Virus record (IMG/VR): IMGVR_UViG_3300042453_001089
Location: 1 to 54,773 of that record
Length of the DNA: 54,773 nt
Direction: 5' to 3' (one strand)
Source of the DNA: a virus
Lineage: Duplodnaviria; Caudoviricetes
Notes under the pieces: generated by a model
What the model was told of the DNA's origin: nothing
The model's input: the letters and a program-made list of their open reading frames with translations, nothing else
The model's database searches: none
Translations under genes and position numbers: made by a program
In this document: in pieces, positions 35,801 through 44,796 of the stretch
How positions within the stretch are numbered: the first letter of the stretch is position 1
Layout of the letters: every line of letters starts with the position of its first letter

Positions 35801-36714
35801 AGGGCACCTCCGGTCCAGTTCGGCAAGGTGCGAGGCGGGAAGCCCGCGTAGCCCGACAGGGCAAATGAGTCTTCGCCAGGCCCGATCATTCGGGTGAAGT
35901 CTTTCGCCTTCACCCAACCCGCCGACCGCTGAAACTGCGGTGGGAGTTTTGTGTCGAACGTCCCCGAATAGCAGTCGCCCCAACTGTTCACGACCAAGAT
36001 CGCAGGTTCTGGCTCCCACTTCACCGCAGCCGCCATTTGGCAGTGAGCCCAAGAGCCCATCGGTGTCATGTAGCCATCACGAAGCGTCATAGAAAATCCC
36101 ATGCCGCTGCACAGAGCCACGGGATAGCCATTCTGAATCGCCCGTGCCGTGTCCTCGAACGTCGTCACTAGCGCCACCGTGCTGACCTTGTGCTTCGCAG
36201 CAAACGGTTCCAGCCGATCAGGCACGCCGTCGCGCCCCCATTCTTTCTCACGCGAGCCGCTGTTGTCGTCGAAGCGGTCGCCGTTGCCGTAGTCGATGCC
36301 GTAGTGCAGCGTGCCGTACTTCGTGACAGCCTTAGCCGCAGCGCCACCGTAGGAGCCGTCGCCACCCAAGTTTCGCGAGCCGCGAACCTCGACGCGGGAG
36401 AACGCATAGATGCTGGCTTCGAGCACCCGCCCGCCGTACGTTTCAGACTCACCACGCAGGGCGATGTCGCACGCGGCGAGGATGTCGCATGACAATGCGA
36501 ACCCCCAGCCCACGCAGCTGCCGATTTTTTGCGAGCCACGCTTCCAGCCTGGGGCAACGTCCAGTAGGTACTGGCCTAGAAAAACGTCCTTGCTTTCATC
36601 CAGCACAAGATCCGGCCCAGCCTGGGCAAGAGTCGGCCGCGGCAGCGTAGCCAGAAACTCCGCAGTAGCCCGCGGGTTCGGCGTGTAGCCCATCAACGGA
36701 AGAAAGTCGGCCAT
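35797..36714 (-). CDS. Papain-like (C1) cysteine peptidase
   Basis: QKIGSCVGW, WAHC, VNSWG catalytic motifs. Confidence 0.88.
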   Translation of the reverse strand: MADFLPLMGYTPNPRATAEFLATLPRPTLAQAGPDLVLDESKDVFLGQYLLDVAPGWKRGSQKIGSCVGWGFALSCDILAACDIALRGESETYGGRVLEASIYAFSRVEVRGSRNLGGDGSYGGAAAKAVTKYGTLHYGIDYGNGDRFDDNSGSREKEWGRDGVPDRLEPFAAKHKVSTVALVTTFEDTARAIQNGYPVALCSGMGFSMTLRDGYMTPMGSWAHCQMAAAVKWEPEPAILVVNSWGDCYSGTFDTKLPPQFQRSAGWVKAKDFTRMIGPGEDSFALSGYAGFPPRTLPNWTGGAL

Positions 36715-36717
36715 GCG

Positions 36718-37317
36718 TCAGCCTCCGTTGACGCCGGCCCACGCAATCGCCTTGCACAGTTCGGCGTACCGGCTGCGAACGTCCTTGGTGACCGGAACTT
36801 CGTTCAGCCCCAGCACCTCGGCAAATGCCTTTTCTGTCGCCTCTCGCAGACCGGCGTACTTTCCCGGCTGGTTGTTGCCGATCCGCCGCCATGCCAACTC
36901 GAGGGCCAGCGTCGTGAACGCCCGCAAAGACTTGGTGTCGGTGAACACCACCTCGGTACTGACGGCATCGCCGGCGACGACCACCGCAGCTTTGCTCCAC
37001 AACTGAGCCCACAGGGCACGGTCAACAGGGTTCGCCGCCTTCATCACAGCGGCAATCGGTGCAACCGTGGCCTGCATGGCATCGCTCGGAGTCTCGACGG
37101 TGACGGTGACTGACGGCTGCGACATCGCCGGCAGCGGGATCTTGCCCCACGCGGCCGCAATCAGGAGGCCGGCGGCGGCGACCCGTGCGATGGTCCAAGC
37201 GTTTTCCACTCCGGCTTCCAACGCACGACGCGCTGCGGCTTGGATTTGTGCCCAGTAGGGAGCAGCGAGTAGAGCCGCCGCAACAGCGACGGCAACGATG
37301 CGTATGCTGTCATTCAC
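36718..37317 (-). CDS. Membrane-anchored hypothetical protein
   Basis: Two N-terminal hydrophobic segments; GTGA overlap. Confidence 0.7.
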   Translation of the reverse strand: MNDSIRIVAVAVAAALLAAPYWAQIQAAARRALEAGVENAWTIARVAAAGLLIAAAWGKIPLPAMSQPSVTVTVETPSDAMQATVAPIAAVMKAANPVDRALWAQLWSKAAVVVAGDAVSTEVVFTDTKSLRAFTTLALELAWRRIGNNQPGKYAGLREATEKAFAEVLGLNEVPVTKDVRSRYAELCKAIAWAGVNGG

Positions 37318-37625
37318 CGCGCGGCCTCCACCTGCAGAAGACACCAACGGACAAGGGCCTCGCCCTCCTTGGTCTTGAGCACGTCCGCCAGGTGCCGCAC
37401 CAGCTGGTCATCCGCTTTGGCCTGCGTCTGCGACGCGACCCACTCACAGGCATCGGACACGATCAGCGCCTTTTTGTACGGGTCCAGTGCCGTGACAAGA
37501 TCGCGAGCGTAGCCCACGAGCGGCGCGTACCGCTGCAAGAGTTTGAGCGCCTCCCAGATGGAGAGGTTGGCACCGTACTGCTGGATTTCGTCGGGCGTCG
37601 CGCCGAACTGCTCTGCCGTTGCCAT
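37314..37625 (-). CDS. Hypothetical protein (103 aa)
   Basis: GGAG SD; first gene of the module. Confidence 0.7.
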   Translation of the reverse strand: MATAEQFGATPDEIQQYGANLSIWEALKLLQRYAPLVGYARDLVTALDPYKKALIVSDACEWVASQTQAKADDQLVRHLADVLKTKEGEALVRWCLLQVEAAR

Positions 37626-37666
37626 GGTCGGTACTCCGGGGGTATCTCCGGTCTACCATGCAAGTT

Positions 37667-37888
37667 TCAATTCCCCGCAGTTGGGAAGTTGATGCTCTCA
37701 TTCAGCAGGTCATAGATCGCGGCGAACAATTCCTTGGCTTCCTCTGCCGATTCCTTCCGCTCCAGGCGGTAGGGCTGCTTGAAAGACTCGTCCTCAACAA
37801 CCTTCCCGTTCTGGTCGGCTAGGTAGATGTAGACGTACTGGAGGCCAAACTCCACAACCACACGGCGGTAGACATCGTCAGTCGGCAT
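37667..37888 (-). CDS. Hypothetical protein
   Basis: GGAGG SD. Confidence 0.65.
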   Translation of the reverse strand: MPTDDVYRRVVVEFGLQYVYIYLADQNGKVVEDESFKQPYRLERKESAEEAKELFAAIYDLLNESINFPTAGN

Positions 37889-38294
37889 AGAGTCCTCCAG
37901 AGTCGCCCGCTTCAAGTGCTCGCATCGTGTCGCTGTCGATTGCAACTCGGCCGAGGCTGAACCCGGTCTGCTTTGTCGCCAGCCTGTCGCGTCGCGTTTC
38001 GTCGCTCCAAGTCGCCTGAACCGTGGTCGCCCGCTGTGCCACGAGCGGCGCCAGAGCGAGGCTGTTTTCGCTCGCTGCCAACTCGGCCGGAGGCGGGTCG
38101 AGAATCCGGTCGTCGCGAGAGGGCTTGTGCCGCAGCTTGCGATCGTTGCGCGGCGGCAGCCCCCACACCTCCCGCAGGCGAATCAGCTGGTGAACCGTGA
38201 CGGTCCAGTGCTGGCAGATCGCCCCCATCGGCAGGTAGGCGTGCCATTGTCGCTCAAGCGTGCGGCGGTCAATCGTCGCAGTGTTGCCGGCCAT
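37878..38294 (-). CDS. HTH protein (GcrA-like N-terminus), paralog of 43373..43684
   Basis: Shared W..VT..L..L..LPPR..RDD..SL.L.P.V..R pattern. Confidence 0.6.
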   Translation of the reverse strand: MAGNTATIDRRTLERQWHAYLPMGAICQHWTVTVHQLIRLREVWGLPPRNDRKLRHKPSRDDRILDPPPAELAASENSLALAPLVAQRATTVQATWSDETRRDRLATKQTGFSLGRVAIDSDTMRALEAGDSGGLYAD

Positions 38295-38946
38295 GTGCCA
38301 CCGCCTCCAGCATTGCGAACTTTCGCTCGACGCCCACTGTGAAGTTCGCGTGCCACGCCATGCACGACTCTGGCACCTCGATCGGCTCGCCGTCCCACGG
38401 TGCCGGCACTGTCGGAGCGTTGACCGTGGCCCAGTTGCAGACCACGTTCGGGTCGAGAATGTGCGGCTGCACCGGCAGGAACCCGCGTCGCTGTTCGGCT
38501 TGGCTCCGCAGCGAATGAATTACGTCTTGGTCAGGGATGTTCCAGGCGTTCGCCAGGTGCCAGACGACGTTCCAAAACTCGCGAACCTCTGGCGTCGAGC
38601 GGAACAGCATGACGCCGCAGCACCACTGAATCGCATCGTCGCTGAACGCAACGTCCTGCGTGCCCAGCGAGTCGCCGATCAGCGAGGCCCAGCGGTGCAT
38701 ACCGGGGAGCAGCACGACATCGGCGTCAACGTAGAGTGTCGGCATCCCGTCCATCGGCAGCGACATCAGCGCCCGCAGCTTGTCCAACATGCAGGCGTTC
38801 CAACCGGGCTGCTTGAATGACCCGCTCGGGCACGTCTGCTCACACCGCAGAATGCGAGTCTCCGAAAACGCCGATGCCCCCGGCAGGACGAACCGCCGGA
38901 ACATATCGGCATGGGACGGCGTGTAGTAGCTGGCGAGTCTCAGCAT
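38269..38946 (-). CDS. Nucleotide-diphospho-sugar transferase-like glycosyltransferase
   Basis: LYVDADV, CCGVMLFR, DQ, HAN. Confidence 0.82.
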   Translation of the reverse strand: MLRLASYYTPSHADMFRRFVLPGASAFSETRILRCEQTCPSGSFKQPGWNACMLDKLRALMSLPMDGMPTLYVDADVVLLPGMHRWASLIGDSLGTQDVAFSDDAIQWCCGVMLFRSTPEVREFWNVVWHLANAWNIPDQDVIHSLRSQAEQRRGFLPVQPHILDPNVVCNWATVNAPTVPAPWDGEPIEVPESCMAWHANFTVGVERKFAMLEAVAHGRQHCDD

Positions 38947-39692
38947 GGGTGGTGCGACCTCAATGCTGTTGTCACCGTGGCGTCAACCTCCTGCCACGCT
39001 GCGATATCTGGGCCGACCGTCGTCTCGATCCAGTTTGGGTTGGCGTGGTGCGCCGAGTGCCAGATCGGAGAAGGCACGTGCGTGCCAAGTTCGCCGCCGA
39101 TGTTCTGGATGCGAGCGACCAGCGGGCGCACTTCGCAGCGGTCCCGCCGGGTAGCTTTGTCGATCACCGTATCCCACGAAATCTGCCGGTCATCGTGCGG
39201 CCACGCTTCGCAGATGCTTTCCCAGCGATCGCGCCACGTGGCCCAGCCCCACGGCGTGAACCACGCCTCGCGGACCACGGCTTCCCGGTAATGCAACTCT
39301 GATGGCGGCGTCCGCTGGTAGCCGCAGACGGAAAACACCGTGGCGTCATCCATGTAGGTATCGAGCCCCCACTGAGCGAATCGCAGAAAGTCGCGAGCGG
39401 GAACGGTGTCATCCTCCAGTGCGATGACGCGGTCGGCTTCAGCAAACCCCGCCTGCAGTGCGAGGAACGTGTTGACGTTGCACCCAACCTTTTGGTCATG
39501 CCGCATCACCGTGGCCTTGATGCCCGGCCGGCGGCCGAATGCGACGGCCAGGTCAACGACTTCTTCGCTCACCGGCTCACACATGAGGATGACGGGCAGC
39601 TGCTCGACGCCGTCGCAGGCGGCCAGCGCGTCGAGCACACGCCGGGTGTAGAGCGGACGATGGCACAGAGTCATCACGATTGCCGTGGGCAT
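38940..39692 (-). CDS. GT-A glycosyltransferase
   Basis: IALEDD, PWGWATWRDRW, WD, RIQNIG. Confidence 0.85.
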   Translation of the reverse strand: MPTAIVMTLCHRPLYTRRVLDALAACDGVEQLPVILMCEPVSEEVVDLAVAFGRRPGIKATVMRHDQKVGCNVNTFLALQAGFAEADRVIALEDDTVPARDFLRFAQWGLDTYMDDATVFSVCGYQRTPPSELHYREAVVREAWFTPWGWATWRDRWESICEAWPHDDRQISWDTVIDKATRRDRCEVRPLVARIQNIGGELGTHVPSPIWHSAHHANPNWIETTVGPDIAAWQEVDATVTTALRSHHPC

Positions 39693-40327
39693 TGGCCGTC
39701 CCCCCAGTGGTCGCTCCATATCGGCTCATCTACCGTGCCGTCCCCTCGCAGGCTGGCGTGAATCGCTTGGCTGCGGCTGACGCGGACGCCAGCCATGGCC
39801 CAGCCGAGAAACGATTCAGCGTGGAAGATCCCGCCCGCGTCGATGTATTCATCCAGCCGGTCGAGGCGGTTGAAGTATTTCCGCATGATGGCCGGAGATC
39901 CCCACGCGAAGCGGTCGTTGAGCCCCCAGAAATTGCTGTGAGTCGGAACGTGCAGAAACTCGTCTGGCTCTGGCGGCTCAGGCGGCCGGTAGAACAGGAG
40001 GTCAGGCCGGCACCTGACGATCACGTCGGCCTCGAGGCCCGACATCTCGAACGCCTTCCACGCCCGCTGGTTGCCCCACAACTGCCGCAGGTTGCGTTGT
40101 ACTCCGTTGCACCCGCGACCCACCTGCAGCGTGTACTGGTGCCGCTCCGGCAACTCTGGCTGCGGCTCAATCAGCGTGACCGAGGGGCAAAACAGGAACG
40201 CCTTTTCAGCGTTCTCGTCCAGCGGTGCGTGTACCACAAATGATGCATCGGGATAGATCGCTCTGATGCCTGGAGCGCAATGCTCCGCGGTTCGCATCTG
40301 CCCGGCGATGATCACGACGACTTTCAT
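39674..40327 (-). CDS. Glycan-biosynthesis-associated protein (probable glycosyltransferase)
   Basis: IAGQMRT, DVIVRCRPDL, LNDRFAWG, HAESFL. Confidence 0.7.
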   Translation of the reverse strand: MKVVVIIAGQMRTAEHCAPGIRAIYPDASFVVHAPLDENAEKAFLFCPSVTLIEPQPELPERHQYTLQVGRGCNGVQRNLRQLWGNQRAWKAFEMSGLEADVIVRCRPDLLFYRPPEPPEPDEFLHVPTHSNFWGLNDRFAWGSPAIMRKYFNRLDRLDEYIDAGGIFHAESFLGWAMAGVRVSRSQAIHASLRGDGTVDEPIWSDHWGDGQCPRQS

Positions 40328-40911
40328 TTGCGGACGAAGAGCGCGTCGCCCCAACCCTTTGCGATGCCGTCAACGAAATCCATGCCGATGAACTGCCACT
40401 CACGAGACAGGTGAGCATGAATCGCGTGGAACAACGCACCACCTTGATAGAGGTCGATGATCGCCACCTCGCAGTAGATGATCTTCATGTGCCGCAGCGT
40501 CTGCTCTGCGCCTTTGAGCACTTGGAGCTCGTAGCCCTGCGCGTCGATGACGAGCATGTCGAACCCGGTGAGCGCGAATGAATCCAGCGTCCGCACCTCA
40601 ACGTCGATGTCACCGGAAAACGGAAACTCTGGATACTGCTCAAGATGCCCGCTCGGCTCTAGCAGTGAGCAGCACTGAAGGCTCTTGCTGAGGTGCAGTC
40701 GCGCGGTGCCAGCTGCCGAACCGATGGCGAACTGACGGGCGTCGAGTCCCTTGGCCTGCATCTCCCTGCACTTGGCTGGCAACGGCTCAAACCACACGCT
40801 CTTCGCGTTCCACTGCCGATACCACTGCTCCTCATTGCCGTCGAACCCTCCGACGTGAATCACGCCCGTTGGCATACCGACCGATGGAAAGGCGTAGGTG
40901 ACGAGGTTCAT
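40324..40911 (-). CDS. FkbM-family methyltransferase
   Basis: IHVGG, WFEPLP, IDAQGYELQVLKGA, WGDALF. Confidence 0.9.
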   Translation of the reverse strand: MNLVTYAFPSVGMPTGVIHVGGFDGNEEQWYRQWNAKSVWFEPLPAKCREMQAKGLDARQFAIGSAAGTARLHLSKSLQCCSLLEPSGHLEQYPEFPFSGDIDVEVRTLDSFALTGFDMLVIDAQGYELQVLKGAEQTLRHMKIIYCEVAIIDLYQGGALFHAIHAHLSREWQFIGMDFVDGIAKGWGDALFVRK

Positions 40912-41312
40912 GAGATCCGCACGGTAGTCCGTGCCTCCGGGCCGTAGCTTTTTTCGACGCAGACTTTTCCGAGTTGCGAATCGTCAACCCACGCGACACC
41001 GTTCAGTGCGTCTTCGATGCCCTTCAAACAGTTGGAGCAGTCGGCACGCGGCAGCACGGGTGCGTCGTCTCGCAACCCGCTCTTGCGGAAGTGCGACTTC
41101 GGGCGAGCGAACACCAGATCCACCACGAGTGTGAGCGGCGACGCATCCGTTGGCGTTGCACCAGCCGCTCGAGCAGCCGCGGCGATCGACGCCCGGTATC
41201 CGTGAATGGCGTGGCTTGCCGGAACGTAGGCGTGCCCGTGGCCGCCGCGCGTCGTGATGCGTGGACGTGGCTGCGGCACTGGATCGCCGGGCACTGTGAA
41301 CGTGATCGCCAT
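40908..41312 (-). CDS. rusA: RusA-like Holliday junction resolvase
   Basis: PVPQPRPR, RPKSH, D..N..K.IEDALNGVAWVDDSQ. Confidence 0.9.
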   Translation of the reverse strand: MAITFTVPGDPVPQPRPRITTRGGHGHAYVPASHAIHGYRASIAAAARAAGATPTDASPLTLVVDLVFARPKSHFRKSGLRDDAPVLPRADCSNCLKGIEDALNGVAWVDDSQLGKVCVEKSYGPEARTTVRIS

Positions 41313-41348
41313 GCCTCCAGAATCAAGACGCTGTCAAGCGCAAGAGCA

Positions 41349-41374
41349 GGGGCGGCCCCTTTCGGAGCCGCCCC
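41349..41374. terminator. GC hairpin downstream of the secreted-protein genes
   Basis: GGGGCGGC/GCCGCCCC stem; weak U-tract. Confidence 0.45.
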
Positions 41375-41406
41375 GCACTCAAGCGCCGCAGCGACTTGAG
41401 ATTTGG

Positions 41407-41727
41407 TCACTCGTAGCGGATGCAGGCGAACCATCCGCGACGAACCGGCGACCATGCGACGCCTTTCTCGACGATGCGATAGCGGCCACGCATGGCTTCT
41501 TTCCAGAAGCATGCGCTGGCGCATGCCTCGTCAGGCCCGGCAGTGCTGAAACCGATCCCTTCTCGCCGGCCACCGTTGCGGCCGCAGTGCCGCAAGACGC
41601 CCGTGCGGGCCATCTCGTCAGCGTCGGCCTGAGCCGAGCCGATGAAGACCCGGCGGGCCTGGACGTTGTAGGTGTCGGCAGACGCGACACCGCACAGCAG
41701 AACAAACAGGAGCAGAGCAAAACGCAT
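41407..41727 (-). CDS. Small secreted protein, minimal CAP/SCP-like
   Basis: Signal peptide; AQ..A..MA..G.L.H..EGIG..GVA..WFAC. Confidence 0.6.
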   Translation of the reverse strand: MRFALLLFVLLCGVASADTYNVQARRVFIGSAQADADEMARTGVLRHCGRNGGRREGIGFSTAGPDEACASACFWKEAMRGRYRIVEKGVAWSPVRRGWFACIRYE

Positions 41728-41791
41728 GGCAAACCCTCCGTGACGCGAGCCGCGTTGTGCGGCAGGCATGGGTTTCACGGTATGCCAAGCG

Positions 41792-42571
41792 TCAAGGCTC
41801 GCAGCCGGCAACCATGCAGGGCTCGCCAGGATGGCCGACGACCTCGCGAATCCAGCCAAGGAACAGGCTCACCCGCGTGTGGCACGACTCCTCACCAGCG
41901 GCGTAGCGTGGTCGCTCCGTGCCACGGCGGCTGACGCAGCTGTGGATTCCCACGAGCCGAGTGGTGCCATCGGCGCCGGCGGCCCACAGACCGCCACCAG
42001 AATCGCCCGGAGCGATACAGAAGGGCAGAGGCGTGCCGGTACGGCGTATGTCGCACACCAGTAGCGTTCGCTCCGTAGCGGTCAAAATCTGCGTCCCTGC
42101 ACGAAGCCCGGCGTCGTCGCCGGAAATGCCGGTGGAAAGCGTGCCGGTCATGCCGTAGCCGGCGGCAGCGGCAACCGTGCCGAGCCGCTCCGTCCCGTCT
42201 GACAGCGGCGGGAACTTCTCGAGTGGGAACTCCTGCGACGTGTGGACTAGGGCTATGTCGTTCCACCCGTACTCGCCGGCGTAGGCAGGGTGAGGGATGA
42301 CCCTGCTCACGGCGTGATCGCCCGCGAAGGTTGTCACCGCACACTGGGCCATACCCTTGGTGACGTGAGCCGCGGTCACCGCCCAGTGCGGTGCGATCAG
42401 GACGCACGTGCCGTGAGCCCGCTTGCCGTCCGATGTCGTGCCGCGAATCTGGCACGTGTAGTTCGCGAACGCTTGACCGTACTCGCGATAGTGGGCGTCG
42501 GGGATAGTGTCCTCGATGGTGCCCGCTAAGGCCACCGAGGACCACGCGAGAAAAAAGAGGACGCCTCGCAT
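41792..42571 (-). CDS. Secreted trypsin-like serine protease
   Basis: Signal peptide; TAAHV, NDIALV, GDSGG. Confidence 0.92.
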   Translation of the reverse strand: MRGVLFFLAWSSVALAGTIEDTIPDAHYREYGQAFANYTCQIRGTTSDGKRAHGTCVLIAPHWAVTAAHVTKGMAQCAVTTFAGDHAVSRVIPHPAYAGEYGWNDIALVHTSQEFPLEKFPPLSDGTERLGTVAAAAGYGMTGTLSTGISGDDAGLRAGTQILTATERTLLVCDIRRTGTPLPFCIAPGDSGGGLWAAGADGTTRLVGIHSCVSRRGTERPRYAAGEESCHTRVSLFLGWIREVVGHPGEPCMVAGCEP

Positions 42572-42616
42572 GGATTCATCGTGGCACGGACTCCGATGAA
42601 TCTTGCAGTTGTGCCG

Positions 42617-42826
42617 CTATGTAGTTGGCGGCGACAGACGCTCAAGCAGGCCGCGCAGCGAGTCCACGTTTTCCCGAGACACGCCAATCGCGGGCCATGA
42701 TCGGATTGCGGCCTCAATCGCCTCGCGCTCCGCGTCGGTGAGACGCAGCCGTTTGATTTCTTCCTGTAGCCATGTGTTCGCTGCCGACAGCCTCGCCGTA
42801 GCCATGTGCGTGTTGTCATCGCTCAT
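42617..42826 (-). CDS. Hypothetical protein with LTDAEREAIE module
   Basis: ATGA overlap; C-terminus shared with its neighbour. Confidence 0.7.
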   Translation of the reverse strand: MSDDNTHMATARLSAANTWLQEEIKRLRLTDAEREAIEAAIRSWPAIGVSRENVDSLRGLLERLSPPTT

Positions 42827-43257
42827 TTCAGCCGCTCCAGCAGGCCGCGCAGCGTAGACACCATGTTGGCGCAGCCCTCGTCATCGTCGCACTGCTCGTA
42901 GTCCCAGATGCAAGACTCAATCGCCTCCCGCTCCGCGTCGGTGAGCGTGGGTTGCGGCTGGCGGTAGAGCGGCACTGGAGTCGCGCCACGTTTGCACGAC
43001 CAGTTTTCGGCGCGTTCGAGCGTGGAGAACAGAAAGTCGGTGTCGGGATTGTCCTCATCATCAAACTGAACCGCCCACGCCACAGGCTCCTGTTCCGAAA
43101 CCGCTGTCGGCATAGGTTTCGCAGCAGGCTCTCGCTCGCGGAGCATGGCATCGGCGTTTTCGTAAGCCTGCCTCGCCATGACTTTGAGGTCATAGATGTA
43201 GTTGCCATGCAGCAACCCCGTTAGGGCCGCAGCGGCGAATTGGTCACGGTCGTTCAT
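42823..43257 (-). CDS. Mosaic hypothetical protein
   Basis: RDQFAAAALTGL..AY..ADAML, EPVAW, PLYR, LTDAEREAI modules. Confidence 0.8.
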   Translation of the reverse strand: MNDRDQFAAAALTGLLHGNYIYDLKVMARQAYENADAMLREREPAAKPMPTAVSEQEPVAWAVQFDDEDNPDTDFLFSTLERAENWSCKRGATPVPLYRQPQPTLTDAEREAIESCIWDYEQCDDDEGCANMVSTLRGLLERLK

Positions 43258-43372
43258 GTGACAGAACCTCGGTCCTTAATATTTTCGACCTATGTTTTAT
43301 CACACTGTCCGTTTTGCCGTACCTTACGCCGATACACCCACGGTATATCTGACGCTACCGTTTCGCAGCCCG

Positions 43373-43684
43373 TTACTGCACCGTCTCGCGAACCCTGTCG
43401 TGCAGACGCAGTGCGGCAATCCTCGCCTGCACCCACGGGCACAGGTCCAGAGAATCGCCGCCTTCGGGCTCGCCCCACAGGTCAGGCGGGCCGCCCTTGT
43501 CGTCGCGCAATCGCCAATCGACCACCGGCCTCGGCGGGAGTTGGTGCTCCCGCGCGAGGCTCCGCAACGTTCTGTCGGTCACGCCGATCGCCCGTGCCAC
43601 TTCGCACACGGTTAGGTCAGCGTCAGACCACGCCGTGAACAGCTGCTGCTGCGTCACGTTGCCTCCTCTTTTTCTCTGTGGCAT
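43373..43684 (-). CDS. HTH protein (GcrA-like N-terminus)
   Basis: LTVCEVARAIGVT..LPPR. Confidence 0.7.
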   Translation of the reverse strand: MPQRKRGGNVTQQQLFTAWSDADLTVCEVARAIGVTDRTLRSLAREHQLPPRPVVDWRLRDDKGGPPDLWGEPEGGDSLDLCPWVQARIAALRLHDRVRETVQ

Positions 43685-43686
43685 GG

Positions 43687-44796
43687 TCAGTCCACCGCCA
43701 GCGGCATTATCACACCCGTGAAATCGTCGCACCGGAGAACAACCGCCGACTGTGCGTCAGTCGCCTGCACGCTCACCGTGGGTTCGCCGTCAGCGGGCAG
43801 TCCCGTCAGCCACTCACGCACGAACACAGGGTCAAGCTTGACGCTGCAGGCGTGGCCGAACTCCACGACATCGCACGTGACCGACGATTCGCCAGCCTCG
43901 GCAGACTGACCGTGCAGGTGCAGCCCGTCCTTCGTGATCGTGTACAGCACTCCCTTGCTGTTCTCGCTGGTGACGATCGCCGCCGCTCGAGTCGCAGACA
44001 GCAGATCCGCCGCAGTGATCGTGGACGGCTCCGCGCCCTCAGCCGGGATCACGTCACGCCACTTCGGGAAACGCCCATCAGTCAGGCGAGCCGTCACCGT
44101 CGTCGTGCCGATCGTCGCCACCAGTGCATCCTTGTTGGCCTCCAGCTGCACGCTGCCGTCAGTCTCGCTGCCGGCCAAACGGCACAGGATCGCCATCACA
44201 CGGCTCGGCACGAGCGTCTGCGAGTCATCAACCGCCAGGTCGTGCTCACACTCGCAGGCAGCCAACCTGCGGCCGTCAGTTGCCACAAGCGTCACGATCT
44301 CGCCTTTCACGTCCACGAGCACCGCACCCAGAGCGTAGCGGCTGGACTCCATGTCGGCGGCGTAGGCCACGCCACGAACCGCACGGGCGAACTGGTCCGC
44401 CGGCAGGCGGGTGACCGGCTTTTCGCTTTCCACCTCCCACGACGGATACTCAGCGGCGTCCTCGACAGGCAGCGTCCACGTGCCGTGTCCTGCGGAGACA
44501 ACGCAGGACGTGCCGTCCGGCGCGAGCGTCACCGTGTCGCCACCAGCGGTGTTCAAAATCGCCAGCAGCCTCTGATGCGGCAACAGGATCGTGGCCCCGT
44601 GGTAGTCGATCGCCACGTCGATCCGCACCTCAAGGTCCGTACCCGTCAGCAGGCCGTCGCCCAGGCGAACGTTCTGCAGGATGGGCTTCGGTCCGCGAGC
44701 GATCGCCGGTGCCACAGCCTGCAGGGCCGCCCGCAACTCACTTGCCACCAGCGCGATGCCAGTAGTCTTTGCCTTTCGTTCCTTCGTTGCCGTCAT
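43687..44796 (-). CDS. dnaN: DNA polymerase III beta sliding clamp homolog
   Basis: PILQNV, TDLE, SRYALGAV, VATDGRRLA, GRFPKW..VIP, VIMP. Confidence 0.92.
   Translation of the reverse strand: MTATKERKAKTTGIALVASELRAALQAVAPAIARGPKPILQNVRLGDGLLTGTDLEVRIDVAIDYHGATILLPHQRLLAILNTAGGDTVTLAPDGTSCVVSAGHGTWTLPVEDAAEYPSWEVESEKPVTRLPADQFARAVRGVAYAADMESSRYALGAVLVDVKGEIVTLVATDGRRLAACECEHDLAVDDSQTLVPSRVMAILCRLAGSETDGSVQLEANKDALVATIGTTTVTARLTDGRFPKWRDVIPAEGAEPSTITAADLLSATRAAAIVTSENSKGVLYTITKDGLHLHGQSAEAGESSVTCDVVEFGHACSVKLDPVFVREWLTGLPADGEPTVSVQATDAQSAVVLRCDDFTGVIMPLAVD

Noticed and set aside
42713-42945. Diversity-generating retroelement TR/VR pair
   Set aside because: No reverse transcriptase; repeats are short and the mismatch is not adenine-specific
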